Source of the DNA: Oceanispirochaeta sp.
GTDB lineage: Bacteria; Spirochaetota; Spirochaetia; DSM-2461
Direction: 5' to 3'
Assembly: GCA_963666275.2 (NCBI GenBank)
Contig: CAXXOA010000002.1
Coordinates: 1,728,001-1,792,000, forward strand
DNA: 64,000 bases
The number at the start of each line of letters is the position of its first letter. The first letter of the stretch is position 1. A program made the position numbers and the translations under genes. Shown here piece by piece: positions 29,886-39,911 of the stretch. Below the pieces are notes generated by a model. It worked only from the letters and a program-made list of their open reading frames with translations. It was not told where the DNA came from and searched no databases.

Positions 29886-31352
29886 ATGGATTTAAAAGAA
29901 CATTTTGCGCAGATAAGAAAAAATATTATCGGTCTGGATCAGACCATGACTCTGGATACGGGGAAAACCGGTCCCATCATTTATGCGGACTGGGTTGCCA
30001 GCGGGCGTCTGTACGGGCCTATTGAGGATCATATGCGGAATGTTGTGGGCCCTGTGGTGGCCAATACCCATACCGAAACGACTTTCACAGGGACCATTAT
30101 GACCCGCTCCTACCATGAAGCCAGGAAGACGATCCGGGATCATGTGGGCGCCGGGAGCAGCGACTCGCTCTTTCTGGCCGGTTTCGGTATGACCGCTGCT
30201 GTCAATAAACTCCAGAGGATCCTGGGACTGCGTCTCCCCGAGGGCTGCCCTGTGAACTGTAAAACAGAAAAAAAGCCCCTCGTGATTGTGACCCATATGG
30301 AGCATCACTCCAATCAGATCACATGGGAGGAGTGCGCCTGCGATGTGGAAATCCTTCCCAGAGAGGGGACCACAGGGCTTCCCGATCTGAAGTCTCTGGA
30401 CTTCCTGCTGAAAAAGAACCGGCACCGCCCCCTTCTGATCGGGGCATTCTCCGCCTGCAGCAATGTGACGGGGATTCTCACCCCCTATCATATTATGGCA
30501 AAAATGATGCATCAGGCGGGGGGCTACTGTTTTGTGGATTTTGCCGCTTCCGCCCCCTACGTAAAGATCGATATGCATCCGGAAGATCCTGAGGAGTCTC
30601 TGGATGCTGTCTATTTCTCTCCCCATAAATTTCTGGGTGGCCCCGGCACTTCGGGAGTTCTGGTCCTGAGGAACTCGCTCTATCAGAGAGCCGTTCCGGA
30701 TCAGCCCGGAGGGGGGACTGTCAAATGGACCACTCCCTTCGGGAGCCACAGCTATTTTGACGAAATAGAACTGCGGGAGGACGGAGGAACCCCCGGATTC
30801 CTTCAGGCTATGAGGATCGCTCTGGCCCTCAGGCTGAAAGAGGCCATGGATCCCGATAAGATCCTGGCCAGAGAAGAGGAGCTTATGAAGATTCTTCTGG
30901 AGGAGCTTAAAAAGGAAGAGCATCTTTTTATGCTGGAACCGGAAAATACCCATCGCCTGGGAATTGTCTCCATCTATGCGCCGGGAGAGCATCACAATCT
31001 GATTGTGAAGGTTCTCAATGATCACTACGGCATACAGACCAGAGGCGGATGCAGCTGTGCCGGGACTTACGGCCATATCCTCTTTTCCATCAACAGGCAA
31101 ACCTCAATGAGGATTACCGATATGATTGAGCAGGGGGATCTGACGGACAAGCCCGGATGGGTCAGAATCTCTCTCCATCCCACGATGAGTGATGAAGAAG
31201 TCCGATACATAGGCAGGGCTGTGCGGGAGGTGATTGGCCACTACAGAGAGTGGCAGGAAAAATACATCTTTCATGCAGATAAGGGCGAGTTTACCCGGAA
31301 AGAGGGAGAACCCGATGTCCCCTCTCTTCTTCAGGGGTTTGAACCCTTCTGA
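29886..31352 (+). CDS. Class V PLP-dependent enzyme (cysteine desulfurase/selenocysteine lyase-like)
   Basis: YADWVASG, EHHSN, SNVTG, SPHKFLGGPG (PLP lysine), GGTP and RGGCSCA motifs. Confidence 0.85.
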   Translation: MDLKEHFAQIRKNIIGLDQTMTLDTGKTGPIIYADWVASGRLYGPIEDHMRNVVGPVVANTHTETTFTGTIMTRSYHEARKTIRDHVGAGSSDSLFLAGFGMTAAVNKLQRILGLRLPEGCPVNCKTEKKPLVIVTHMEHHSNQITWEECACDVEILPREGTTGLPDLKSLDFLLKKNRHRPLLIGAFSACSNVTGILTPYHIMAKMMHQAGGYCFVDFAASAPYVKIDMHPEDPEESLDAVYFSPHKFLGGPGTSGVLVLRNSLYQRAVPDQPGGGTVKWTTPFGSHSYFDEIELREDGGTPGFLQAMRIALALRLKEAMDPDKILAREEELMKILLEELKKEEHLFMLEPENTHRLGIVSIYAPGEHHNLIVKVLNDHYGIQTRGGCSCAGTYGHILFSINRQTSMRITDMIEQGDLTDKPGWVRISLHPTMSDEEVRYIGRAVREVIGHYREWQEKYIFHADKGEFTRKEGEPDVPSLLQGFEPF

Positions 31353-31353
31353 T

Positions 31354-32757
31354 ATGACCGACTATGAAGCCATACTGGAAAGTATCTCCGACGGGGTCTT
31401 TACAGTGGACCAGGATTGGAAAATCACATCCTTCAACAGAGCCGCCGAATCCATTACCGGAGTCAGCCGGGAAGACGCCATCGGCAGATCCTGTTCGGAT
31501 GTTCTGCGCTCCAGCCTCTGCGGCAGTCAGTGCGCCCTGAGAAAAACCCTCTCCGAGGGAATCCCGCTTATAGACAAGCGGTGCTATTTTATCGATCAGC
31601 AGGGGGAGGAGGTTCCCATATCTCTCTCCACCGCCCTTTTCCGCAGCCGCAGCGGTGAAATCATAGGGGGGGCAGAGACTTTCCGGGACCTCTCCCCGGA
31701 TCCGCTTCTGGTAAGGGAAAAGGACAGTCCCGGGGGGCTGGGGTATCTGAAGAGTGTCAGTCCCTCTATGGAGAAGGTTTTTCAGATCCTCAGCATGGTG
31801 GCTGACACAGACTCTACCATGATGATTCTGGGGGAGACAGGGACGGGCAAGGAACTGACAGCCCGGACCCTCCATGAAATGAGCGGACGGAAGGAGGAAC
31901 CCTTTGTGGCTGTCAATTGCGCGGCCCTGCCCGAAACCCTCCTGGAATCCATACTCTTCGGCCATGTGAGAGGGGCTTTTACTGGCGCAGTGCAGGATAA
32001 ACAGGGGATCTTTGCCCGGGCGGGCAGGGGAACCCTCTTTCTGGATGAGATCGGTGATATCTCCCCGGCCCTTCAGCTGCGGCTGCTGAGAGTTCTTCAG
32101 GAACAGACCTATGAACCCCTGGGTGGTACGGAAGCGGTTAAGACAGAAGCCCGGATCCTGACGGCTACGCACCGGGATCTGAAGGAAGAGATCCGGAAGG
32201 GGACGTTCCGGGAGGATCTCTACTACCGGCTCAATGTCGTTTCGGTTGAGCTGCCCCCTCTGCGCTCCCGTCCCGAAGATATCCCCTATCTGACAGAACT
32301 GTTCCTGGAAAGATTCAGTCTCCATCACAACAGGGATGTGGAGTCTCTGACACCCGAGGCTCTCCGGAGACTTCTGGAATACTCCTGGCCAGGCAATATC
32401 CGGGAACTGGAAAATGTCATAGAGCGGGCCTGTCTTCTCTGCCCCGGGAAACAGGTCTCTCCGGACTGTCTTCCTCCCGAACTGACTCCTTCCGGGGAAG
32501 AGGCTCTCCCTGAACATTCCCTGCTCCCATTGGACAATCCTCCGCAGATAGAGAAAACTACCGGTTCGGACAGTGAGGATTCTCCGGATGTCCCGGTGAG
32601 CCTTAAAGGCTCTCTGGAAACCGCCGAAATCCTTAAGATCCGGCAGGCTCTGGTAAAATCAGGATACAATAAACTGGCTGCGGCCCGCCTGCTGGGAATC
32701 CATAAAACCACCCTTTTCAGGAAAATGAAGAAATATCATATCGATCTTCAGGAGTAG
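31354..32757 (+). CDS. PAS-domain sigma54-dependent activator (OrpR-like)
   Basis: Cys-containing PAS domain (CSDVLRSSLCGSQCAL), GETGTGKE, GAFTGA and a Fis-type HTH. Confidence 0.9.
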   Translation: MTDYEAILESISDGVFTVDQDWKITSFNRAAESITGVSREDAIGRSCSDVLRSSLCGSQCALRKTLSEGIPLIDKRCYFIDQQGEEVPISLSTALFRSRSGEIIGGAETFRDLSPDPLLVREKDSPGGLGYLKSVSPSMEKVFQILSMVADTDSTMMILGETGTGKELTARTLHEMSGRKEEPFVAVNCAALPETLLESILFGHVRGAFTGAVQDKQGIFARAGRGTLFLDEIGDISPALQLRLLRVLQEQTYEPLGGTEAVKTEARILTATHRDLKEEIRKGTFREDLYYRLNVVSVELPPLRSRPEDIPYLTELFLERFSLHHNRDVESLTPEALRRLLEYSWPGNIRELENVIERACLLCPGKQVSPDCLPPELTPSGEEALPEHSLLPLDNPPQIEKTTGSDSEDSPDVPVSLKGSLETAEILKIRQALVKSGYNKLAAARLLGIHKTTLFRKMKKYHIDLQE

Positions 32758-32828
32758 CAGAACCGCTACTCCGGGTAGCAGGAATGCACTTGCTATTGGA
32801 TCCCTGCAGTTGCGAATGTGCTACCCGG
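32751..32828. promoter_or_regulatory. Three GTAGCA-N4-TGCTAC-like enhancer boxes
   Basis: GTAGCAGAACCGCTAC (32754), GTAGCAGGAATGCAC (32775) and GTTGCGAATGTGCTAC (32809), upstream of a sigma54 promoter. Confidence 0.65.
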
Positions 32829-32874
32829 AAGGCTCGGTTTCCTTCTCTGCGGGCCATGAAATGCATTTTGAGAG

Positions 32875-32890
32875 TTGGCATGCTCTTTGT
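32875..32890 (+). promoter_or_regulatory. sigma54 -24/-12 promoter
   Basis: TTGGCATGCTCTTTGT = GG-N10-GT, 23 bp before the NifX-like gene ATG. Confidence 0.75.
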
Positions 32891-32913
32891 AATAGATAGT
32901 ATTGGAGGCTGTT

Positions 32914-33297
32914 ATGAAAATTGCCCTGCCCGTATGGGAAAATCGGATGGCTCCGGTTTTTGACGCTGCAGATCAGTGGATTCTCTGCCAGGCTGAAGAT
33001 AAGTCCTGGAGGGTTGAAGCTGTAAAAGACTTCCATTCCTCCCTACCGGAACGGAAAGTTCAGGAACTGATAGATCAGGACCTGTCTCTGCTGATCTGCG
33101 GTGCCATACCCTACAGGCTGGAGCGGTTTCTCACAGAATCCGGATGCGGAGTCATCTCTTTTGTCACAGGAGAAACAGATGAGGTCCTTCAGGCCTGGAT
33201 GGAAAACCGTCTGGATGATCCGCGTTTCAGAATGCCGGGCTGCCGTGGAGACCGGGGCAGAGGTAAAGGCCGCAGACATCGCCGCGGCAGCAGATAA
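32914..33297 (+). CDS. NifB/NifX-family (dinitrogenase FeMo-co-binding fold) protein
   Basis: MKIALPVWENRMAPVFD…LLICGAI…FRMPGC with an Arg/Gly-rich tail. GGAGG RBS. Confidence 0.85.
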   Translation: MKIALPVWENRMAPVFDAADQWILCQAEDKSWRVEAVKDFHSSLPERKVQELIDQDLSLLICGAIPYRLERFLTESGCGVISFVTGETDEVLQAWMENRLDDPRFRMPGCRGDRGRGKGRRHRRGSR

Positions 33298-33327
33298 ACG
33301 AGTCGAAGAGACACAAGGAGTATTTAT

Positions 33328-33756
33328 ATGCCGAATAGAAATGGAAGAGGCCCGGAAGGAAAGGGCCCTGAGACAGGAAGAGGAATGGGGAATTGCCGGA
33401 ATCAACCAGAATCAGACAATCCCTTTAGGGGTAAGAGCCGAGGAGCTGGAGTATACCCTGATATCCGTAAGGGACGCAGATCTGCTTCCCCCACAGATCT
33501 CGGTGATCCTGAAACCTATAGATCCGGAATGGGCCGTGGTGCCGGAATGGGCCGTGGTGCCGGAATGGGCCGTGGTGCCGGAATGGGCCGTGGTGCCGGT
33601 ATGGGCCGGGGTGCCGGAATGGGCCGGGGTGCCGGAATGGGCCGGGGTGCCGGAATGGGCCGGGGTGCCGGAATGGGCCGGGGTGCCGGAATGGGCCGGG
33701 GAGCCGGTATGGGCCGGGGAGCCGGCATGGGCCGGGGACAGCTGGGTAACCGGTAA
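33328..33756 (+). CDS. DUF5320-like protein with an expanded (GMGRGA)12 repeat
   Basis: MPNRNGRGPEGKGPETGRGMGNC N-terminus typical of DUF5320. AAGGAG RBS. Confidence 0.8.
   Translation: MPNRNGRGPEGKGPETGRGMGNCRNQPESDNPFRGKSRGAGVYPDIRKGRRSASPTDLGDPETYRSGMGRGAGMGRGAGMGRGAGMGRGAGMGRGAGMGRGAGMGRGAGMGRGAGMGRGAGMGRGAGMGRGAGMGRGQLGNR
33526..33738 (+). repeat. 18-bp tandem repeat x12 (GGAATGGGCCG[T/G]GG[T/A]GCC)
   Basis: Units counted directly. Variation falls only at synonymous third positions of the GMGRGA frame. Confidence 0.95.
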
Positions 33757-33867
33757 TCCTCTGGGATAGATTATAAGGGATGCAGATCTGAGTCCCCAAG
33801 GGTATCCATACCAGCGGGGACAGCTGCCTCTATTTTTAAAAAGAGATAATCATAATGGGAGAATTCT

Positions 33868-34707
33868 ATGTCTGATCAGCTAACCGTGCTTGTGGATAAC
33901 CACTCCTCTGAGCCCTTTCATAAGGAACACGGCTTTTCTGTTTTTATTGAATGGGGCGGAAAGAGGATCCTTTTTGATACAGCTCAGGGGGAAGCGCTTT
34001 TTCATAATGCGGATCTGATGAATATCCCCCTGAACAGTCTGGATGCCCTGATTCTGAGCCATGGCCATTACGATCACGGCGGAAATATCAGTGAGGTGCT
34101 GAAGGGTAATCCGCGTACTCCTGTCTACAGTCATCCCGGCGCTCTTATCGACCGCTATTCCCGCCACAGGGACGGAGAGATTGTGCCTGTCCACCTGGAG
34201 GGAAAAGACAGGGAAGCCCTGAAGGGACTACCCGGGGACAGGCTGATCCTATCCTCTTCTCCGGTTGAAGTCTTTCGGGGGCTGGGTTTTTCAGGATCCG
34301 TTCCGCGGCAGTTTTTAAATGAGGATACGGGGGGAGATTTTTATCTGGAACCGGAGTGTCTTCACCCTGATCCTCTGGAGGATGATATTTCCATATGGCT
34401 GGACCATGGTTCTGAAATCACAGTGATCTGCGGATGCTGTCATTCGGGACTCCGGAATACTCTCAGCCATATTGCCGCCCTTACAGGAAACAAGCCCGTT
34501 AGAAACCTGATCGGGGGATTTCATCTTCTCCATGCTTCAGAACCCAGGATGCATAGCACCGCTGAATTCCTGAGAGAATCCGGAGTCGGGGCTCTTTATC
34601 CCGCCCACTGTACGGGAGAGGAGGCGGCAGATTTTTTCAGTCGGGAACTGGACACGGCGGTAGTCCCCTCCTATGCGGGGATCCGGCTCTCTCTGTCAGA
34701 GAACTAG
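33868..34707 (+). CDS. MBL-fold metallohydrolase (COG1237-like)
   Basis: EHGFS, LFDT, SHGHYDHGG, GCCHSG, GGFHL and PAHCTG motifs. Confidence 0.88.
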   Translation: MSDQLTVLVDNHSSEPFHKEHGFSVFIEWGGKRILFDTAQGEALFHNADLMNIPLNSLDALILSHGHYDHGGNISEVLKGNPRTPVYSHPGALIDRYSRHRDGEIVPVHLEGKDREALKGLPGDRLILSSSPVEVFRGLGFSGSVPRQFLNEDTGGDFYLEPECLHPDPLEDDISIWLDHGSEITVICGCCHSGLRNTLSHIAALTGNKPVRNLIGGFHLLHASEPRMHSTAEFLRESGVGALYPAHCTGEEAADFFSRELDTAVVPSYAGIRLSLSEN

Positions 34708-36389
34708 GAGATCTGAAAGGGCAGGGGCCTGTTCTCTTTCAGGAGGGTGTCCATGGTTTTTCTGTTGACCGGTCTGGAAAAGTAATACCCCTGAAACAGG
34801 GTACATCCCTCTTCGACTAGGATATCCAGCTGCTCCCGGGTTTCCACTCCTTCCACAATGAGTGTCATCTCCAGATTCTCGGCCATGTGAATTATCAGCC
34901 TGAGAAATTTCCGGCATCCCGGATCAGATACTATCCGGTCTATGAATATTTTATCCAGTTTGAGGGTACTGGCAGGCAGGTCTTTCAGATAGCTGAGAGA
35001 GGAAAAGCCGGTTCCGAAGTCATCCAGGAAAATCTCAAACCCCTGATCATGAAGTTTCCGCATCTTTTCTACAGTCTGCTCCGGATCGATCATCTCCATG
35101 GATTCGGTGCATTCCAGACGGATTTTACCCGAATCCTTCAGCCCCTCCTGTTTCAGTGCTGACTGCAGGATCGGAAGGAGGTGCTCATCATTGAATTCCT
35201 GGGAGGAAAGATTGATTGAGATATAAACAGGATAGGCCTCCCATGCTTTCATATTCTTCACAGCCTGGAAAATAACCCATTTCCCTATGGATTTGATTAA
35301 ACCGTTTTTTTCCGCAATGGGTATAAATTCACATGGGGGAATCAGTCCGTGCTCGGGATGTTCCCATCTAATAAGCGTTTCAAGGCCTTTTATCACTCCC
35401 CGGGGATCGACGATGGGCTGAAAGTGCAGTTCAAACTCCTCTTTTTCAAAAGCCTGAATCATATCGCTTTCGAGTTTCAGCCTCTTCACAGCGTATTCAT
35501 GGACCTTTCTGTCGTACATGGCATAGGGCATGTCTTCCTCTATGGCATTTCTCAGAGCTTCTGCGGCCTTTTCAATCAGCTGATCCGGATGATCGCTGTC
35601 CTTCGGATACAGAGAAATCCCTATGTGGCAGTTCATGGAAACATTCAGATTTCCGTTCTTATAGGGGATTGTTACCATATCGTAAATTTTCTTGGCTACG
35701 GCTGCGGGGCCGTACTCCTGGGCGGGACTGGAGAGAAGCACCACAAGCTCATTTCCCTCGTATCTGAACACATAATCTCCGTCCCTCAAAAGCTCTTTGA
35801 TCCTGAGTCCCGTATTCTCCAGAAGGGTATTTCCCAGGGCATGGCCGTGTTTGAGCTGAATATCCTGGAAATTGGAAAGGGATATGAAAAGGAGGGAACG
35901 CATATTGTTCTCTTCCATCAGCCCGGCCTTCTGCAGCTCCATATCCAGGATCACTGCCAGAGATTTTCCATTGAAAAGGCCTGTCAGAGGGTCTCTGAAC
36001 TCATAATTGATAAGCTGAGCCTCAATATCACCGAGACGGGTTATATCATGGGAAAACACAAGGGCATGGCTGATATCCCCGTTATTCTCTCTGTAGGGAT
36101 AGTAGGATACATGCATGTATTTTGTAGAAGAGCCGAACTCGAAGCGGTCCACATACTGGACGTTTTCTCCTTTCAGACAGCGGTCTATGTATTTTTTAAT
36201 GGTAGACTCGAAAATATCCTTTCCCCAGACATCCTGCACATGGTGGTCTATTATGTCCTTTCTGGACTTTTCGATGTTCTCGATGTAGGCATCATTCACC
36301 AGTTCATAGATATAATTCCGGCTAATGAGAGTTATAAAATCGGATGATGTGTTCACTATATATTCGAATCTGTTCGTTAATTCCGCCAT
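34704..36389 (-). CDS. PAS-GGDEF(degenerate)-EAL protein, probable c-di-GMP phosphodiesterase
   Basis: DPLTGLFN present, EGNEL in place of GGDEF, ETLIRW and DDFGTGFSSL in the EAL domain. Confidence 0.88.
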   Translation of the reverse strand: MAELTNRFEYIVNTSSDFITLISRNYIYELVNDAYIENIEKSRKDIIDHHVQDVWGKDIFESTIKKYIDRCLKGENVQYVDRFEFGSSTKYMHVSYYPYRENNGDISHALVFSHDITRLGDIEAQLINYEFRDPLTGLFNGKSLAVILDMELQKAGLMEENNMRSLLFISLSNFQDIQLKHGHALGNTLLENTGLRIKELLRDGDYVFRYEGNELVVLLSSPAQEYGPAAVAKKIYDMVTIPYKNGNLNVSMNCHIGISLYPKDSDHPDQLIEKAAEALRNAIEEDMPYAMYDRKVHEYAVKRLKLESDMIQAFEKEEFELHFQPIVDPRGVIKGLETLIRWEHPEHGLIPPCEFIPIAEKNGLIKSIGKWVIFQAVKNMKAWEAYPVYISINLSSQEFNDEHLLPILQSALKQEGLKDSGKIRLECTESMEMIDPEQTVEKMRKLHDQGFEIFLDDFGTGFSSLSYLKDLPASTLKLDKIFIDRIVSDPGCRKFLRLIIHMAENLEMTLIVEGVETREQLDILVEEGCTLFQGYYFSRPVNRKTMDTLLKENRPLPFQIS

Positions 36390-36447
36390 AGCTTCATTCT
36401 AATCTATTTTTCTCACAGACAATAAGAGGTTTTTTTCATTTTTTTTA

Positions 36448-36488
36448 TACACACGAGTGTAAAAGTGGAGGCTTTTCACCTATAGGTA
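36448..36488. promoter_or_regulatory. Paired (T/C)AC-N6-GTA candidate activator sites upstream of nifH
   Basis: CAC-ACGAGT-GTA (36450-36461) and CAC-CTATAG-GTA (36477-36488). Confidence 0.5.
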
Positions 36489-36633
36489 CAAAAAAAATGG
36501 ATCCAAAAATGGACTCTGAATCCCTTGTTTATGATTTTGTCAAGAAAAAAATAAATATTTTAAATTTATATGCCAGATAGATATATGGTCCTCACATTCA
36601 GTTTTTTTAAATTATTTTTTGACTCTTTTCTGA

Positions 36634-37521
<888 letters not shown>

Positions 37522-37541
37522 CAAAAGGTAAGGAGACAAAC

Positions 37542-37865
37542 ATGGTATTGATTCGTTCAGTCGTAAGACCGGAAAAAGCACAGGAAGTAATGGATTCCCT
37601 GCTGGACGCGGGATTTCCCGCAGTGACTAAGGTCAGTGTAGCCGGTAGAGGACAGCAGAAGGGTCTGAAACTGGGAGACGTTGTTTATGATGAACTCCCC
37701 AAAGAGCTTCTTATCACTGTTGTTAAAAGCGAAGACAAGGATCTTGTACTGAAAACCATCATGGGTGTGGCAAAAACCGGAGAAGAAGGTTCTTTCGGAG
37801 ACGGAAAGATCTTTGTATCCCAGGTGGAAGAGACATACACAATCCGGACGGGAGAGATGGAATAA
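37542..37865 (+). CDS. nifI1: PII-like nitrogenase regulator NifI1
   Basis: VRPEK, GRGQQKG, YDELPK and FGDGKIFV motifs. Lies between nifH and nifD. Confidence 0.93.
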   Translation: MVLIRSVVRPEKAQEVMDSLLDAGFPAVTKVSVAGRGQQKGLKLGDVVYDELPKELLITVVKSEDKDLVLKTIMGVAKTGEEGSFGDGKIFVSQVEETYTIRTGEME

Positions 37866-38242
37866 TGAAAGAGATCATGGCCATTGTCCGTATCAACCAG
37901 ATGAACAAGACCAAAGAGGCTCTGACGAAAGCCGGAATTACCTCTTTCACTGTAACCGGCCGTGTAATGGGCCGGGGAAAAGGTCTTGTGGATCATCAGG
38001 TTCTGAAAGCGGCTGATGAAGGGAATGAATACGCTGCGGCCCTGCTGGGGTCCGGTCCCAGGCTGATCTCCAAAAGGATGATCCTGGTGATTGTTCCCGA
38101 CAATATGGTGAAAACCACAGTCGAAACACTGATACAGACCAATCAGACAGGAAAAGCGGGAGACGGAAAAATCTTTGTTCTCCCCGCAGAGGAAACTTAC
38201 CGGGTAAGAACCGGCGAGAAGGGCGAAGCCGTTCTACAGTAA
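37865..38242 (+). CDS. nifI2: PII-like nitrogenase regulator NifI2
   Basis: MKEIMAIVRINQMNKTK, GRGKG and NQTGKAGDGKIFV motifs. Confidence 0.93.
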   Translation: MKEIMAIVRINQMNKTKEALTKAGITSFTVTGRVMGRGKGLVDHQVLKAADEGNEYAAALLGSGPRLISKRMILVIVPDNMVKTTVETLIQTNQTGKAGDGKIFVLPAEETYRVRTGEKGEAVLQ

Positions 38243-38254
38243 GAAGGATATGAG

Positions 38255-39898
38255 ATGAAATCGTTACCGGAATTTGAAGAAATCAGAGATGAAATACTGG
38301 ATATCTATCCGGCTAAAGTAGCCCGGAAAAGAAAAAAATCCATGGTTTCAAACAATCCGGAAGAAATTCCGGAAATACAGGCTAATGTACGGACCGTTCC
38401 GGGCATTATCACCCAGAGAGGCTGCAGCTACGCCGGTTGTAAAGGTGTGGTTCTGGGACCGACCAGAGACATTATCAATCTGACCCATGGTCCCATCGGC
38501 TGCGGGTTCTACTCCTGGCTGACCAGACGGAACCAGACCAGGCCTGAAGATACACCCCAGTCTGATGAAAACTTTATGACCTACTGTTTTTCAACGGATA
38601 TGCAGGATCCCAACATCGTATTCGGTGGAGAGAAAAAGCTGAAACAGGCCATTCAGGAAGCCTATGATCTGTTCCACCCCAAAGCCATGGGTATTTTCTC
38701 CACCTGTCCCGTGGGGCTGATCGGAGACGACGTGCATGCGGTTGCCAAAGAGATGACCGAGAAACTGGGAGACTGCAATATCTTCGGTTTCAGCTGTGAA
38801 GGTTACAAAGGGGTCAGCCAGTCGGCGGGTCACCATATCGCCAACAACCAGCTGTTCAAACATGTTATCGGAAAGCAGGATGACGGCAAAGAGGGCAAGT
38901 TCAAGATCAACATGCTCGGTGAATACAATATCGGCGGGGATGCTTTCGTTCTGGAAGAGCTGCTGGAAAAATGCGGAATAACTCTGCAGTCCACATTCAG
39001 CGGAAACTCCACATACGATCAGTTTGCCTCCAGCCATACGGCGGATCTGAACTGTATCATGTGTCACCGTTCCATCAACTATGTAGCGGAAATGATGGAA
39101 GAGAAATACGGTATTCCCTGGATCAAGGTCAACTTCATCGGTGCGGAAAGCTCGGCCAAGTCCCTCAGGAAAATTGCCGATTACTTCGACAATCAGGAAC
39201 TGAAGGACAAAGTGGAAGAGGTGATCGCCGAAGAGATGAAAAAAGTGGATGCGGCCAAAGCGGAAGCCCTTCCCAGAACAGACGGCAAATCAGCCATGCT
39301 GTTCGTGGGCGGTTCCAGAGCCCATCACTATCAGGACCTGTTTACCGAACTGGGCATGAAAACTCTGGCCGCCGGTTATGAGTTCGCCCACCGGGATGAC
39401 TATGAAGGCCGCCGGGTAATTCCCAGCATCAAGATCGATGCGGACAGCCGGAACATTGAAGAGCTGACAGTCGAGAAGGATCCTGAAAAATATCAGGCAA
39501 GAATCACTCCCGAAAAGAGGGAGGAGCTGACCGAAGCGGGCGTCCCTTTTGAAGAGTACGAGGGAATGATGGCTCAGATGGAAGAAGGTACCATAGTCAT
39601 TGATGATATCAGCCATTATGAAATGGAAGTGCTGATCAAAAAATACAAACCTTCCGTATTCTGTGCAGGTATCAAAGAGAAATATGCGGTTCAGAAGATG
39701 GGCGTTCCCCTGAAACAGCTGCATAGTTATGACTACGGCGGACCCTATGCGGGATTCGAAGGAGCTATCAATTTCTATAAGGATATTTCTGTCATGGTAA
39801 GCAGCAAAGTCTGGGATTTGATCGGAGCTCCCTGGGAAAAAAGCAATTCCCTGAATCCTGTGTATGTAAAATCCCAGGCTGTTGCGGCTGAAAAGTGA
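38255..39898 (+). CDS. nifD: Nitrogenase MoFe protein alpha chain (group II, clostridial-type insertion)
   Basis: P-cluster cysteines (GCSYAGC, GPIGC, STCP), SQSAGHH, FeMo-co ligands CHRS and LHSYDY, plus an insertion after FAHRDDY. Confidence 0.98.
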   Translation: MKSLPEFEEIRDEILDIYPAKVARKRKKSMVSNNPEEIPEIQANVRTVPGIITQRGCSYAGCKGVVLGPTRDIINLTHGPIGCGFYSWLTRRNQTRPEDTPQSDENFMTYCFSTDMQDPNIVFGGEKKLKQAIQEAYDLFHPKAMGIFSTCPVGLIGDDVHAVAKEMTEKLGDCNIFGFSCEGYKGVSQSAGHHIANNQLFKHVIGKQDDGKEGKFKINMLGEYNIGGDAFVLEELLEKCGITLQSTFSGNSTYDQFASSHTADLNCIMCHRSINYVAEMMEEKYGIPWIKVNFIGAESSAKSLRKIADYFDNQELKDKVEEVIAEEMKKVDAAKAEALPRTDGKSAMLFVGGSRAHHYQDLFTELGMKTLAAGYEFAHRDDYEGRRVIPSIKIDADSRNIEELTVEKDPEKYQARITPEKREELTEAGVPFEEYEGMMAQMEEGTIVIDDISHYEMEVLIKKYKPSVFCAGIKEKYAVQKMGVPLKQLHSYDYGGPYAGFEGAINFYKDISVMVSSKVWDLIGAPWEKSNSLNPVYVKSQAVAAEK

Positions 39899-39911
39899 GA
39901 AGGAGAGAATC

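Noticed and set aside
33101..33799. Alternative-frame ORFs (VPEWA(V/G))n, (PAPRPI)n and (PGPFRH)n
   Set aside because: Shadows of the 18-bp repeat. Only the GMGRGA frame combines an RBS with a family-typical N-terminus.
36538..36553. Canonical NifA UAS (TGT-CAAGAAAAAA-ATA)
   Set aside because: One mismatch in an A-tract, single copy, and not mirrored at nifV.
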